From IMG/VR virus record IMGVR_UViG_3300020577_007160, positions 32,001-96,000 of that record: 64,000 nt of DNA; one strand, written 5' to 3'. Origin of the DNA: a virus. Taxonomy: Duplodnaviria > Caudoviricetes. Under the pieces are notes generated by a model that saw only the letters and a program-made list of their open reading frames with translations, was not told where the DNA came from and did no database searches. Shown here in pieces: positions 1 to 11,764 of this stretch (within the stretch, counting starts at the first letter, position 1; the number at the start of each line of letters is the position of its first letter). The position numbers and the translations under genes are program-made.

Positions 1-1519
1 TGTAGGGGAAAAAATCTGAGCATCTTTTATCATGATGGGTAGAAGAATATCTGAAAATTATTAGTATGATAATGAAGAACGAAGAGGAATCTATAAAATG
101 AATTGAAAGTAGAGTATCGGGGATATTGTATTTGATGGATAGAATGAGTACTATGAATCGAAAAGACGGAAAAGGTGGAATTGGGTGAGAAATTAAGTTT
201 TGACGTGTAATGGAGATTTAAGACTGACTTCTTGATTTTATTGAAAACTGAAGAGGTGATGCCTTCTTCTGCTCTGGTATTGGGTAATTATATTCGACGT
301 CATGAAGAGAATAATACTGAGAACAGGTCTCGCACTCTACGTTGCGATTTACGCACTCTTTGTACCAGAAGGAATGACAGGATTTCTGAGAATAACGACG
401 TTGAAGGGACTCTTCATATTCTGACAAAGATAATTTCTGAGTTTTCTGAAGGTACTCTTCCTCAGAAATATTGAGAGACTCTGCGAGGCGAGAAACAATA
501 AGAAACTCTTTATTGAAATACTCTTGAAATGTCATTGTGGGATTTTTTATGAAATTTATTGGAATTATGCTATGCCCTATAAAACGTAGAATAATGAGTA
601 ATTGTTAGGGATTGTAACCACAACTCTTCATAAATTTTGCTCGTTGCATGAGGTGAAAGACTTCAAGAACCCTGTGGGGATTGACGGTGAAATATCGCTG
701 ACTTCCAATCTGCCGAAGAAGAACTTTTCCGGCTTTGGTTATTTTTACTACTTCATAAGTACAATGCTTTGTCATGGGGGAAAGATACTTATGAAACGGT
801 GCATAATCTATGATTGTAGACATCTGACGTAAAATACAACGGTATTCGGCAGGGTTGATGCAAGAATTGAATTTATATAAATTCAATTGATCGTCGGAGT
901 CTAAGAAATAAGGAACACCTGCGGAAATCAGAAAATTAATCAGCTTCTTAGCTGAAGAAAAAGATTTGTTGGGTAAGTAACAAACACTCGTTACGTGCCT
1001 TTTACTGGAGGATCTATGTACTCGAAAATGATGAACCGTGGTATTGGTGTCCAAATTAGTAATTGGAGAATGGTCAAGACGGCAAAACTTTGATAAACAT
1101 GTCAGCAAAGAATCAAAATCATAACCAGACGGAGCTATAAACTTTGATGCAAAAACATCAATTGCAGTCTCAAGTTTCTGTTCCTGGAGTTTCTCGAGTT
1201 CAAGATTACTCATTGATAATATCCGTATAATATGGGAAATACTTATTTACTAACTTGAAATTCGAAAGATTTGGATTGTACCAGATCAAGCGTTGATCCG
1301 CAGACATCTGGTCAAGAAGGCACTTAGGGTGATCAACATAACTGAAAATATAAACGTTTCCCTGCTCAAGAATCGCGTTGATTGATATACTAGGATTAGT
1401 ACTACCAGAAAGATTATGAAATTTTATTCTTCTGCTAGAATCTAATTTCGATAATACTTTTATTAATTGATAGATTCTCATTAGATCTGGAAACGTGAGT
1501 AACTTGATTGTGACGGGTA

Positions 1520-1541
1520 GAACGTTTCTTGGAACATAAGA
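1520..1541 (-). promoter_or_regulatory. Motif A variant (+ strand GAACGT-N11-TAAGA)
   Basis: Directly after terminator; suggests ORF 1206..1550 really starts at ATG 1481. Confidence 0.55.
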
Positions 1542-1551
1542 TAAAAACAAA

Positions 1552-1577
1552 GGGACACCCTACGGAAAAGGTGTCCC
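1552..1577 (-). terminator. Intrinsic terminator
   Basis: gggacacc...ggtgtccc stem with A-tract on the low-coordinate side. Confidence 0.7.
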
Positions 1578-2780
1578 CATGAAGCAAAAACACATGGAAA
1601 CTAGATCACCTAAAAGGGCATGATCTAGTCACCGCTGCAGGATGATGGATACGTATGAGTAACGTAGAGATTATACTGCCTCTCTGCAGTTAGCAGTTTC
1701 CTTAGGGCTGTTGAAACAACAGGGTAAAAAACTTGTCGAGTTCTTCATTTCAATTCCACATTGGTACGATTGAGGTATATGAACTATTGCACCATAACAG
1801 GAATATGTACATCGGTAATAAAACGGAGATACTTTATTCTTCTTCGAAACCGTAGTGATATGCTTATGAATTACTGCATTGAATTCATCATCTTTATTAA
1901 TGGGAATTAGATTATTCATGATTACCATTTTCCTATAATTGTTTCAAAATCTTTCTGAATACTTTTAGTATTGATACTGAACGCTTCCTCGTCAGTAAGA
2001 ACTCGGATTGGAGGATCAAAATAAGTAAAAGGATTCTTCAGAAAATCTAAGAAATCAAGAATCCAGTTTATTCCGGAATCAGGTCTCTGATATTGGTTCT
2101 GATGAATTGAATTCTTGAAGTTCATCGAGTAACTTTCTCATAGGATAAATTATGGTATCTAATAAAGATACCAACATAGAATATTCTTGTTGTGAACAAT
2201 GAAGAAAATCATAAGAATTTAAAACATGTCCTACTAAGTCATCATGATTTGACTTCAATGTATCATAAACATCAGAAAGAATAGACCTATCAATAATCAT
2301 TATGACTGGGTAGTTTCATACGAAAATAATGTACCATTGAAACGTCGCATTTCATAGGCAAGATCCTTCATAAGATCTAATATTTCTTTTAACTTATCAA
2401 CGTCTTGAATCGGGTCAGCCGTCATAACGAACTGAGCAACTCTGAGATAATTAACTTCCAGATTCTCCGCAGAACTTTGAAGTATTTCTTTGATTTTATC
2501 CATGATAACTATTAAATTTAATAATGAAGAAAATTATAAATATTTAAGAGGCATTCCTTCTAATAGGTCTTCTATTTGCTGGCGATAAGCATTGATTTTT
2601 TCAATGCACTCCTGCTCTTTTTTAACATGAATATCGGAAAGAGTTCCAACATCTAAAATACCATCTAATTCTAGAGAATATTTCGAATAGGAAGAACGTG
2701 TTACATTTAATAACTTTAATTGAAAATTTAAAGATTCTGTTATCTGGAGAGCACGATTAATAAGTACTTCCTTTTGTACG

Positions 2781-3533
2781 TCATTCATTGGTGGGACTTA
2801 TTATTGAAGAAAGATTTAATTGTGGAAAAATAGATTTTACCCAAGATTGAAATTCATCCGGATTCTTTGAAATTCGTTCCTTAAATAAAATCGGAGAAAA
2901 GAAATCATTCTGATCCCAATAAGGTGTTGAATGAACTACAATAGATATTCTTAATGTATTTAACAAATTCATTATTTTGGTTATGAAGGAAAACGTAGAA
3001 TCAGTAACAACTTCTCTAACTTTTCCAATATAAGGTTCTGATAATGAATACCACTCATAACCAGTTGAAAATTGACTTGCGCCCTGGATGCTACTCTCTA
3101 TAAAACCTTCTTCTGATAAGTCCCTCAAATACTTTTCAATTTTATCAGAATTGACTCCATAATGACCTTTACTATAAATGATTTCATTATGAAATTCCTT
3201 TTGCTTAAAGGCGAAGAATAAATCTAAAATGAACATGTATTGAATTATATCTCTTTTAGAAAGAGAGAACGCTCGTGAACATTCTAATATCGCAAGTATT
3301 AGAACTGCTGAATAAATATCCTTGAATGGTAAGCAACGTAATTTCTCGATAAGGGACTCAGGACACGAAACTGAATACTCTCCAGATTGGTGAATGTCAA
3401 GTATAGTATTACGAGGATTTGATATATCGAAATTGCTACGTGTGGACTCTATGTAATGTTCTGGAGAGTCGGTCTCAACATACTGGTATTCTCGGAACTT
3501 AACAATAACTTCTCTTTCTATTAAATACTTCAT
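2781..3533 (-). CDS. Hypothetical protein with possible Panacea/SocA-like (DUF4065) C-terminal domain
   Basis: IIQYMFILD...YSKGHYGVNS...VVHSTPYW resembles the family's L.KLLY / GP / H...PW pattern. Confidence 0.35.
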   Translation of the reverse strand: MKYLIEREVIVKFREYQYVETDSPEHYIESTRSNFDISNPRNTILDIHQSGEYSVSCPESLIEKLRCLPFKDIYSAVLILAILECSRAFSLSKRDIIQYMFILDLFFAFKQKEFHNEIIYSKGHYGVNSDKIEKYLRDLSEEGFIESSIQGASQFSTGYEWYSLSEPYIGKVREVVTDSTFSFITKIMNLLNTLRISIVVHSTPYWDQNDFFSPILFKERISKNPDEFQSWVKSIFPQLNLSSIISPTNE

Positions 3534-3537
3534 ATAA

Positions 3538-3705
3538 TCAATTTGATTTAGTTAAATCAATCTTTATTATTTTTGAATAACTAGCATTGACTTTCTCAAG
3601 TTTTATCTTGATATTTTTCCCAAGACTCTCCGGCAAAGGATTGTTGGTAGGGTAAATGTTATCCTGCCTCTTTGTTCCTCTGGGATTTAGAATAACCTTA
3701 TTCAT
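3538..3705 (-). CDS. Small hypothetical protein (55 aa, below ORF-track cutoff)
   Basis: Hand-translated MNKVILNPRGTKRQD...; ATGA overlap with upstream ORF. Confidence 0.55.
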   Translation of the reverse strand: MNKVILNPRGTKRQDNIYPTNNPLPESLGKNIKIKLEKVNASYSKIIKIDLTKSN

Positions 3706-3833
3706 GATATATCGATTCCTTTAATTTGTCCTTTTTTGGCATTCCATTTTCTATTGTAGATTACAATAAAATAACTGATTGCAATAATGTCAAAAATTAC
3801 TAATCCAATAAAAATCATTAGATACATAATCAT
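3702..3833 (-). CDS. Small membrane peptide (43 aa)
   Basis: Hand-translated MIMYLMIFIGLVIFDIIAISYFIVIYNRKW...; one hydrophobic segment followed by basic tail. Confidence 0.55.
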   Translation of the reverse strand: MIMYLMIFIGLVIFDIIAISYFIVIYNRKWNAKKGQIKGIDIS

Positions 3834-4333
3834 GATAATCCCTCAAAAGGAAGGATCAAAGTTAATATTGATTTTTTCAAGTTCCTTATATAAGGCTATC
3901 CTCATATCTCTGAGATATCCCTTATTTAATTTAAAGGATTTAAATATTCCATCGAAAAGTTGAATATTCTCAGATGGAAGAAACTGATCATTTAAATCAT
4001 TTTTCAATTCTAAAATTGAATTTAAATGATCATCAATTGATCGTAATTTACAATAATTCTCTATGAGAATCATGACGTCTTCGCCGCTTTGAGGATCTTT
4101 GGTCATTATTTCCTACCTTTCAATCCAGATTCTATTCTGGATTCTATTCTTTTAAAATCATTCCAAGAATCAAAAATTGATCCTCTCTCCTCCATATTCA
4201 ACGCACTCAAATTAGAGTCAAAATTGTCTCCAGTCAATTCGTCAAGAATTGATGTTATCTTTTGAATCTCTATCAATAAGGATTCTGCAGTCATGATTTT
4301 CCTTAAAAATTTAATTTAACAGTCTGAAATGAA

Positions 4334-4355
4334 GAACGTTGAAAAACTGATAAAA
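4334..4355 (-). promoter_or_regulatory. Motif A putative promoter (TTTTA-N11-ACGTTC on - strand)
   Basis: Exact consensus, 40 nt upstream of a start codon. Confidence 0.7.
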
Positions 4356-5038
4356 TCTAATTGTTTCTAGGAACAGGAGTTACGTCGTACTCGTTGCAAA
4401 GAATCTCACCTGCTGTTGACTGGGTATGATAATGAAATATCCACGTGCCTTTTCTGAAGATTATCTTATCATAAGGAATAGAGTCATCATAATAATTATC
4501 TAGAGATATCAAAAGAAACTCAACATCAGAATCTGGGAATTGCTTGGTCTCCACTAAAGTATGAACAATGCTCAAATAATAAGGCAAGGATTGGTACACC
4601 ATATCAAGACGTTCTTGAAAAGATTTAATCATTCAAATTTCTCTTCATATAATTTTGAAGAATTAACATATTAAAAATAATAGTATCTTGAGTATGGATA
4701 TCTGATATACTTTCTTTTCCTGTGAATCCATGCTGATTGTATTCTCCTGCGTAATTCATTTCTCCAGTAGGAGAAAAACTTATTGAAAATATATCTCTGC
4801 TATTAGGAACTTCAGGATATGGCCACGTAAAATTTAAATCTCCGTCAGGATCTATTGAAATTTCAGGGTTCATTACTTCATCTGGTAAATTCTTTAAAAA
4901 GAACTTTGCATGATTTAAAGACTCTGAATTGACAACGAGACCTTCACTCTTTGCTTCATCCGAAACTTTGAGTAACTCTTTCTCAATATTCATAATTATT
5001 TTAAAATGAAATCAACAACGTAGAAACAATAAAGGAAA

Positions 5039-5084
5039 GAACGCAATACCCAAAATAAAATGGCACTAAAGAAACTTAGTGCCA
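5039..5084 (-). promoter_or_regulatory. Terminator (5061-5084) followed by motif A (5039-5060)
   Basis: tggcactaa...ttagtgcca hairpin; GAACGC-N11-TAAAA. Confidence 0.7.
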
Positions 5085-6237
5085 GAAGAATGTTTTAGGT
5101 CTTAATTTTGTTATAAAGAAACAAAAGGCGATCGAATGATCGCAACGCTACCACAACCAGGGCAAACATGCTTATAGGCTTCCCCTTGTGGTATAACCAT
5201 GTACGTTGGAGGTTTGTGTGCTGGGTGTTGACAGATTTGAACCTGCTTGATTTTAAAGAATCCACTCTTTTCAGAATGGTTCAGAAATTGAGTATAAGAA
5301 TTGAGTGTATTCATAAAATCCTCGAAACCTAATAAAATTAAAGGGAATCAATGAGTTGAACAATATCTGCTCCGTCTTCAATACCTAATCCTAGTAATAT
5401 CTGAACTTGACTGTTATGGGCTGAGTCTCCGTTTTCAACATTGGTAGAAAGATTACCGAATAATGAAATTCTAAAATCTAACTCTTGTAGGGAAGATACC
5501 GTAGAGACTGTTCCATCTTCATGAATAACCGAAAAATATTTCATATTGGAAACAATTCGAGAAGGTTTCTTCAACTGTTTTCTCAACTTGTTATTTTCAT
5601 GTTTTACTGCATGAAACTTACCTCTCCAAAATTCTTCTTGTTCCTTTAGTCTTTTTGTTTTCTTTTCATATTCTAAATGTTTTCTCGTAAGAAGAGACTG
5701 CAATTCTGAAATTTGATTAGATTGCCTAGTTAAACTCTCTGTCAATAATTTACTAATTATTGTTGTTGAGGATTCTTCCATAGTAAATATTATAAAGGTG
5801 CATCAAACATAAATTTAATAAACTCTTCAAATTCTAATAACTTAATATAAGATAAATTCTTTTCATAAAAGAAAAAATCTAATCTCTGATAATTCAAAAA
5901 ACTCTTTGGCAATATTTTGACATTACATCTTCCATCTGCATAGATATAAAAGAAAACAGTATAATACTGATCATTAGAATTAGTAAACCCTTTTGAATAC
6001 TCTTCTCGAAAAGGAAGTAAGTCATTGGAACTTAATTCACTTTTCTTGTAATGGTGAGATTCTAAAAAGTCTTTTAACATTGAGAAGATTACACTTCTGT
6101 ATAAATTTTATTTCTATTTTCATACTAAAATATCTTTGTATAAAAACAATATTCAAGTTTTAACAAAATTTATTATCATAATATCATCTTCTATTTTAGA
6201 ATCTTTATCTATATAAAACAAAATATTTATAGTATCA

Positions 6238-6267
6238 TTAGGGCTTGATTGCGTAACCAAGCCCTAA
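6238..6267 (-). terminator. Hairpin, likely terminator
   Basis: ttagggcttg...caagccctaa just after the 6277 stop. Confidence 0.55.
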
Positions 6268-6759
6268 TATTTAGATTTAAACAAGACAAGAAATAGTTTT
6301 TCTTGTTTTCTGAACAGTGTAGGACTGACTCGGAATTTCATGAATTTTATGTAAAACTCGTAAAAAATTCATGATAGAATTTCCTAGATCTTCTGCTGAT
6401 TCTGCAGCAGCGTCTAAGGCATCAATTTCTTCTACAGTATAACCCGTAGAAGTAATTTGATTGGTCGCAAGAGTTTCAAAATCTTGCCCCACTACCTCTT
6501 CTGCGACATCAGGGTAAAACAAAGTCGCCCAATACGGAAAATCATTTTCCCACGTACATCCTGATTTATTATTATTGCGAACAGTTTTTATATTATTCGC
6601 ATCGGCAATAACTACTGCAGTAGGACAACTGCAGGGATAACCTTTCTGAATTTTCTTATTCATTAGGTTACTTCTCAACGACTCAACGGTTCGTTGATAC
6701 ACATCAACACGATTCATAAAATACTCCGAATTAGAAAAATCAAACAACCTTATGAATCA

Positions 6760-6781
6760 GAACGTTCAAATAAAATTAAAA
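6760..6781 (-). promoter_or_regulatory. Motif A
   Basis: GAACGT-N11-TAAAA. Confidence 0.7.
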
Positions 6782-8376
6782 TACTAATCACTCTTATCTT
6801 ATACCTTTTCATAACCTAACTTATATAGTTGAGAACCAACAAGACCACAATGAATTGAAATTTGCCTGTCTGCCCAAAATTCAAAATTTTTATGGATGGT
6901 TGGTAAAAAATCAAAAAGTTCTTCTGAATTGAGAAAATGTCGTTCAAAGAATATTGAACCTTCGATCTCTAGACTAACAGAATTCGGAGATACAATAGTT
7001 ATTTTTATAGTATAATCATACCCATAATAATTAAATCGTTTCAGCCAAGTATTCATAAGAATCAAACTAATTGTGGGTTATTGAGAGAATTGTCTCTGAG
7101 TATAGATAAAAAACAATCTTGTTCTAACTCAGAACATATTTGAGAAATAGAATTATTCTTTCTTGAAAGAATATGCTCGATAGTATATTGAAAACTTTGG
7201 CTATAAATAGTACTGCCAAGTAATATGGATAACTCACATTTTATCATCTGAAACTTTGGAGAAACAATATATCGTTTTTCTAATTTGCAGTCTCCGAGTC
7301 TCTTATCAAATTTTTCATAGACCTTAATAGTCTCAGTAGTATTTACTAAAGTAAATTGCTGTGATTCTAAATATTGTAAAAATTCTTTCAAAAACTTTTC
7401 AGATTCCATAATAACATTACTCGAAGGTATTTATAAAATATAATAAAATACTTAAGTCATATTCACCACTATCAATAGCAGAGGGGATGTCCCTGTCATA
7501 GAGTACCCACGTATCTCCTAAGTCAGGATAAAGTAAAATTTCTAATTCAAATTTTTCAGTTGGGGAAGATATAATAAAACATATTTCTCCACTTGGTCCA
7601 ATATAACTTCTTATAAAATTTAGATTTAAAGAATCTAACCAATCTATTAACTGTAAAGACCTATCAATTAATTCTATTGGAGGTACAATACCACATGGGG
7701 ATATAGGGGAATATTCTGGATCATACCAGATCTCATCAATCTTTTCTTGGGTTAATGTACGTAAATTATCAACGTACTTTCTTATAAAATAATTATGAGT
7801 TCTCATTGAAACTCTTCTAAATCTTGAATGGATTGAAGACGCTTTGGCTCAGGTAAGAATGGTAACCAGAGATATATTCTGTGATATTGTAATACTTCAA
7901 AAAATTTCTTATTCATTTCTCTTTTAAAATCTTCTATTTTAGAATATTTTTCTTCATACTCTTCTTTGGAAGAAGAACTATCTAATAGATAGAACAACTC
8001 TTTTGGAGTTATTCCGCTTTCCTGTTCTTTCAAATATTTTAAGAATATTGAAGGAATAGAATAAGAAATAAACTGAATCTTAAAATTCTTGTCTTTTAAA
8101 GAATGTAATAATTGGATACCTCTTTCCAGTTGATAAGAATAATAGAAACAGGTGTCACATAAAAATTCTTGACCATCTGGAAATTGATTGAATTTTTGTA
8201 ATGTAGAAGTTAAATTTTCTGGATAAAATAATTCACTGGTATTTAATAGTGTATAATCAATATTAAAAGACTTAAGATATCGTTGGAGTCTTTCTGGGAT
8301 ATCTACTTCAAATCCATTTTCTAAAATAATTGTTTTCATTTGATCTCATTCATACAATATAATCTATATGAATACA

Positions 8377-8427
8377 GAACGTTGAATCTTCTATAAAAAG
8401 AAAATGCTCTTTTCACAAAGAGCATTT
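8377..8427 (-). promoter_or_regulatory. Terminator (8402-8427) plus motif A (8377-8398)
   Basis: aaatgctcttt...aaagagcattt; GAACGT-N11-TAAAA. Confidence 0.75.
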
Positions 8428-8700
8428 CATCAAACTAATTGTCTTGGTTTTATTGATCAAGTTCTACAATTATAAAACTTTTACTATTCTTCAGGATTAG
8501 CATGATTATCATTATCCTTATTCTTTTCTTCTTTATTTGGCATTCTTACAAATTTGTAACGACTCAATATTCTCATTGCTCTTCGTTTTGAAGACCCTGG
8601 AATATCTGAACTATTATTTAGTTTGTTAAATACCCAAAGAATATCTTCTGGATATTTATCCAGTTCTTCTTTTTCAATTTTAGTTAGTATTTTCATAGGA

Positions 8701-9087
8701 TTAAAATGTTAATGCAACAGCGTTGCATAAAATGTGAAGAATATTATCTACTATAATCAGTAGCCAAATTGACATGAAATCAGGTTTGTTTGATGAGAAC
8801 CCAGTTTTGCTACATTCCTGCCAGGTAAGCCAATCTGACCTCGGAGACAGAAAGTTCTTGACAAAGATCAAATACCTTGCTACGCGGAATCTATCAACCA
8901 AAAAATGAGTTCCTACTATAAAACTCAAAGAGTAAACATTTTGAGTTAAAAATAAAAATGGAATGGAATAAGTTAAAGCATGAATAAATGCTACTAGAGA
9001 ACTTGAAATTTTCCTTGTAGCCATCCAATCAGATTGAAAAATGTAGTCACCAATTAAATGACAAACAATTTGATTTGCAGTAAACAT
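8701..9087 (-). CDS. DUF3307-like membrane protein
   Basis: HLIGDYIFQSDWMA, HALTY, THFLVD and DNILH motifs. Confidence 0.75.
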   Translation of the reverse strand: MFTANQIVCHLIGDYIFQSDWMATRKISSSLVAFIHALTYSIPFLFLTQNVYSLSFIVGTHFLVDRFRVARYLIFVKNFLSPRSDWLTWQECSKTGFSSNKPDFMSIWLLIIVDNILHILCNAVALTF

Positions 9088-9110
9088 TTACAATCCTTAA
9101 GTGTAATATT

Positions 9111-9737
9111 TTATTTAAATATTGTTCTCAAAGTTTCATGAAAAACATCATTTGGAGTTTTTCCATCAACACAAATCAAATTAACAATCAGATTTTCATT
9201 CTCATAAAAAGAATACATAGTCTTTTCAGAAAAAAGATGAAGATATTCTTCATGTAATTCCTGTCTTTTTTCTAACGGCATTGAATCATTAGGATCATCA
9301 TCCCCTCGTGTTGACGCAAAATCCGGATAACCTTTATCCGAATAAAGGTAAATTATAACATCAGGTTTTGGTGGTGATGGATCCATCCACATGAATTCCA
9401 TGTCAAGTTGCCGATGCCAATCAGAATAAATCAATGAACTATAAAAATAACGATCACAAATAATATAATCAACTGAATTTTTAATTTTCTTGATTTCAAT
9501 ATATGTTAATCCATGAGATAAGGCATGAGCAAGATCTCGAACATATTGAGTCGTATTCTCAAAATCTTTTGTAAGATTTCTTAAATAAGAAAAATCTGAA
9601 GACGGAAAATTAAAAAAGGCAGACTTAGAAGCAAACCATGATTTCTTTAAGTTCTCAATTAGTGTTGACTTACCAACTTTATCCAAACCTTCAATAACAA
9701 TAAATTTTTTCATATTAATTTTGAGTATGAAATCCAA
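9111..9737 (-). CDS. tmk: Thymidylate-kinase-like dNMP kinase
   Basis: IVIEGLDKVGKST P-loop, ICDRYFYSS, PDVIIYL; likely start at MKKFIV. Confidence 0.8.
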   Translation of the reverse strand: MDFILKINMKKFIVIEGLDKVGKSTLIENLKKSWFASKSAFFNFPSSDFSYLRNLTKDFENTTQYVRDLAHALSHGLTYIEIKKIKNSVDYIICDRYFYSSLIYSDWHRQLDMEFMWMDPSPPKPDVIIYLYSDKGYPDFASTRGDDDPNDSMPLEKRQELHEEYLHLFSEKTMYSFYENENLIVNLICVDGKTPNDVFHETLRTIFK

Positions 9738-10938
9738 ATATTTTTTGTTCCTTCGAATTATCGAGAACGTCTAACAAAGGCATAAAATTATTCTTTTTAG
9801 CATAAATATCTGAAACAGAAATAGACTTATTTTCAACATCAAAATCTAAAGAATAAAGTTCATTAAATTTCTTAATTTGTTTTGAAGATAAGTATCCAAA
9901 ATACTTCTGAGAAATTAACCTATTTGAACGAAGAAATGCTGGATCAATCGTTGATATTTCTGTATTAAAAGTCAAAATAGTTTGAACGTTGAAAATATCA
10001 TTTAAAACACCACTCGATAAATTGAGCAATACCCCAACACCAGAAGAGTTTGACTCCATTCTGTTTATTACTAATTTCTCACAATCTTCCAAAATCAAAA
10101 GAATATTTTTATTTTTCTGTGATGCTTCCTGACATATTCCCTGTAAAAATTCAAGGAATTCTGGTCTCATTAAATTCTCTGCCATATCGTAAGAAATATA
10201 AAAAACCATCTTGGAAGATGTTAATTCTTTTATTAGATTCTTTAATAAGAAGGTTTTACCAGAACCAGGAACTCCATTTAAAATAACTAGACCTTTGTTG
10301 GTACTTTGGAGTCTCTGTTTCAATTCAGAATAATATTCTGAAAATCCATTCCCATAATGGAGATCTAATTCTTTAAATTCTTCAGAATTTAATCGAACAG
10401 AAGATCTACTCAACCCACCAGTAGAGTTAAGAGTTACAAGACTTATTTCATAAGAATCATTAGTTATTTCTGCCAATGAAAAATAAGATTTAAACGTTTC
10501 TTTGAGAAACTCTTTATAAGAGGAAATACTCTGAAGTGCATCAGGATTAAAATAAATCTTTATTTCACTAAATAAAATTTTTGAATCGGATTCAAAGTAA
10601 CAAAATTTATAATAAAAATTATTACAAGAAGATCTATAAATCTGAACAATTGATTCATTTTCCTCGTCTGAAGAAATTAACGTAGATTCCCCCAAGAACG
10701 AATTCAACTTGGGATGAACAGTCTCTAACTTATCAAAAATTTCTTGAAATGATATTTCTGAAAATTGAATATGATTTAAGGAAGAGTTCTTAAATCTTAA
10801 AATTGAAGGAAAACTATTAAAATTATCAAAGTATTCTGACAATACAGGGTATAATGTTGGAAATGACCAAGAGGTATGGTCTTCCTGAACTACCGGAAGT
10901 AATTCTGTTAAAAAATTACTTATGAATTCTTTCTTCAT
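9715..10938 (-). CDS. AAA+ ATPase
   Basis: Walker A GVPGSGKT, Walker B LILEDCE, IDPAFLRSNR second region of homology. Confidence 0.85.
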   Translation of the reverse strand: MKKEFISNFLTELLPVVQEDHTSWSFPTLYPVLSEYFDNFNSFPSILRFKNSSLNHIQFSEISFQEIFDKLETVHPKLNSFLGESTLISSDEENESIVQIYRSSCNNFYYKFCYFESDSKILFSEIKIYFNPDALQSISSYKEFLKETFKSYFSLAEITNDSYEISLVTLNSTGGLSRSSVRLNSEEFKELDLHYGNGFSEYYSELKQRLQSTNKGLVILNGVPGSGKTFLLKNLIKELTSSKMVFYISYDMAENLMRPEFLEFLQGICQEASQKNKNILLILEDCEKLVINRMESNSSGVGVLLNLSSGVLNDIFNVQTILTFNTEISTIDPAFLRSNRLISQKYFGYLSSKQIKKFNELYSLDFDVENKSISVSDIYAKKNNFMPLLDVLDNSKEQKIFGFHTQN

Positions 10939-11276
10939 TTATTTTTAATACTGAAGGAAAATACTTTAGAAAATAAAGATTTAAAAAATGTAGGTTTCAA
11001 TTTTGGTTTAGGCGATGGAATAGAATACGAATGTAATTCATAGGATTCTTTATTAGGAAAATTAATTTTAATGTTACCAATAACAACATTAAATCCTGTA
11101 TATCTCTGCTGTTGCTTAGGAATATTGGTAGGAATTAAAGACTTCAAATCATTTAAAAATTTAGAAGAAATTGTTGATATAAGATATATTTCTTCTATTG
11201 AAAGATTAATATTCCCGATTATAGATTCTAATTCTTTCTTATAAGAATCTTCTAATAATTCAATGTTTGATTTCAT
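10935..11276 (-). CDS. Hypothetical protein
   Basis: ORF downstream of motif A. Confidence 0.6.
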   Translation of the reverse strand: MKSNIELLEDSYKKELESIIGNINLSIEEIYLISTISSKFLNDLKSLIPTNIPKQQQRYTGFNVVIGNIKINFPNKESYELHSYSIPSPKPKLKPTFFKSLFSKVFSFSIKNK

Positions 11277-11311
11277 TTAGAAAAATTTAGTGACTGAATA
11301 ATTATTGATTA

Positions 11312-11367
11312 GAACGTTGTACTAAAATTAAAAAAGAAATTGCCTAGTATTAAAATACTAGGCAATT
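11312..11367 (-). promoter_or_regulatory. Terminator (11338-11367) plus motif A (11312-11333)
   Basis: aattgcctagtatt...aatactaggcaatt; GAACGT-N11-TAAAA. Confidence 0.75.
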
Positions 11368-11401
11368 CAAGTTTTGTAATATTTATCTTATTGTGGCATG
11401 T

Positions 11402-11764
11402 TTAACTAATAGAACTATCCCCAAGAATCAATGCCAATTGGGCTTTATAAGGAACAACCATTGAAATCAATCCCATCTTGAAAGATAACCCACCGTCCAT
11501 TGGAACAACAGGAGCAGAAACGATAGCATCGATTATTCCAGAAACAATTGACTTCAAAATCATTACTTCCTCTTTCAAGACTACCTCACCATTCTGGTGT
11601 ATTTCATCTATTACCCCTGCAGCAATAGAATCTGCTTCCTGACGTAATTTTGACTTTACGTCCTGAATGTTTTTCTCAGTACAATCCTGAGAGATTAATT
11701 CTGGTAAAATTCTATCTTCAAGATTAGAATATATTCTATTGGATAAAGAAGATAGACTAAGCAT
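11402..11764 (-). CDS. Hypothetical protein, possibly virion-associated
   Basis: PVVPMDGGLSFK resembles a motif seen in small phage structural proteins. Confidence 0.4.
   Translation of the reverse strand: MLSLSSLSNRIYSNLEDRILPELISQDCTEKNIQDVKSKLRQEADSIAAGVIDEIHQNGEVVLKEEVMILKSIVSGIIDAIVSAPVVPMDGGLSFKMGLISMVVPYKAQLALILGDSSIS

Larger units (their letters stand above)
218..8696 (-). other. Cluster of about 25 small hypothetical phage genes (early/middle accessory region)
   Basis: Tightly packed - strand ORFs, many with stop/start overlaps; few recognisable motifs; interspersed terminators and motif-A elements. Confidence 0.75.
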
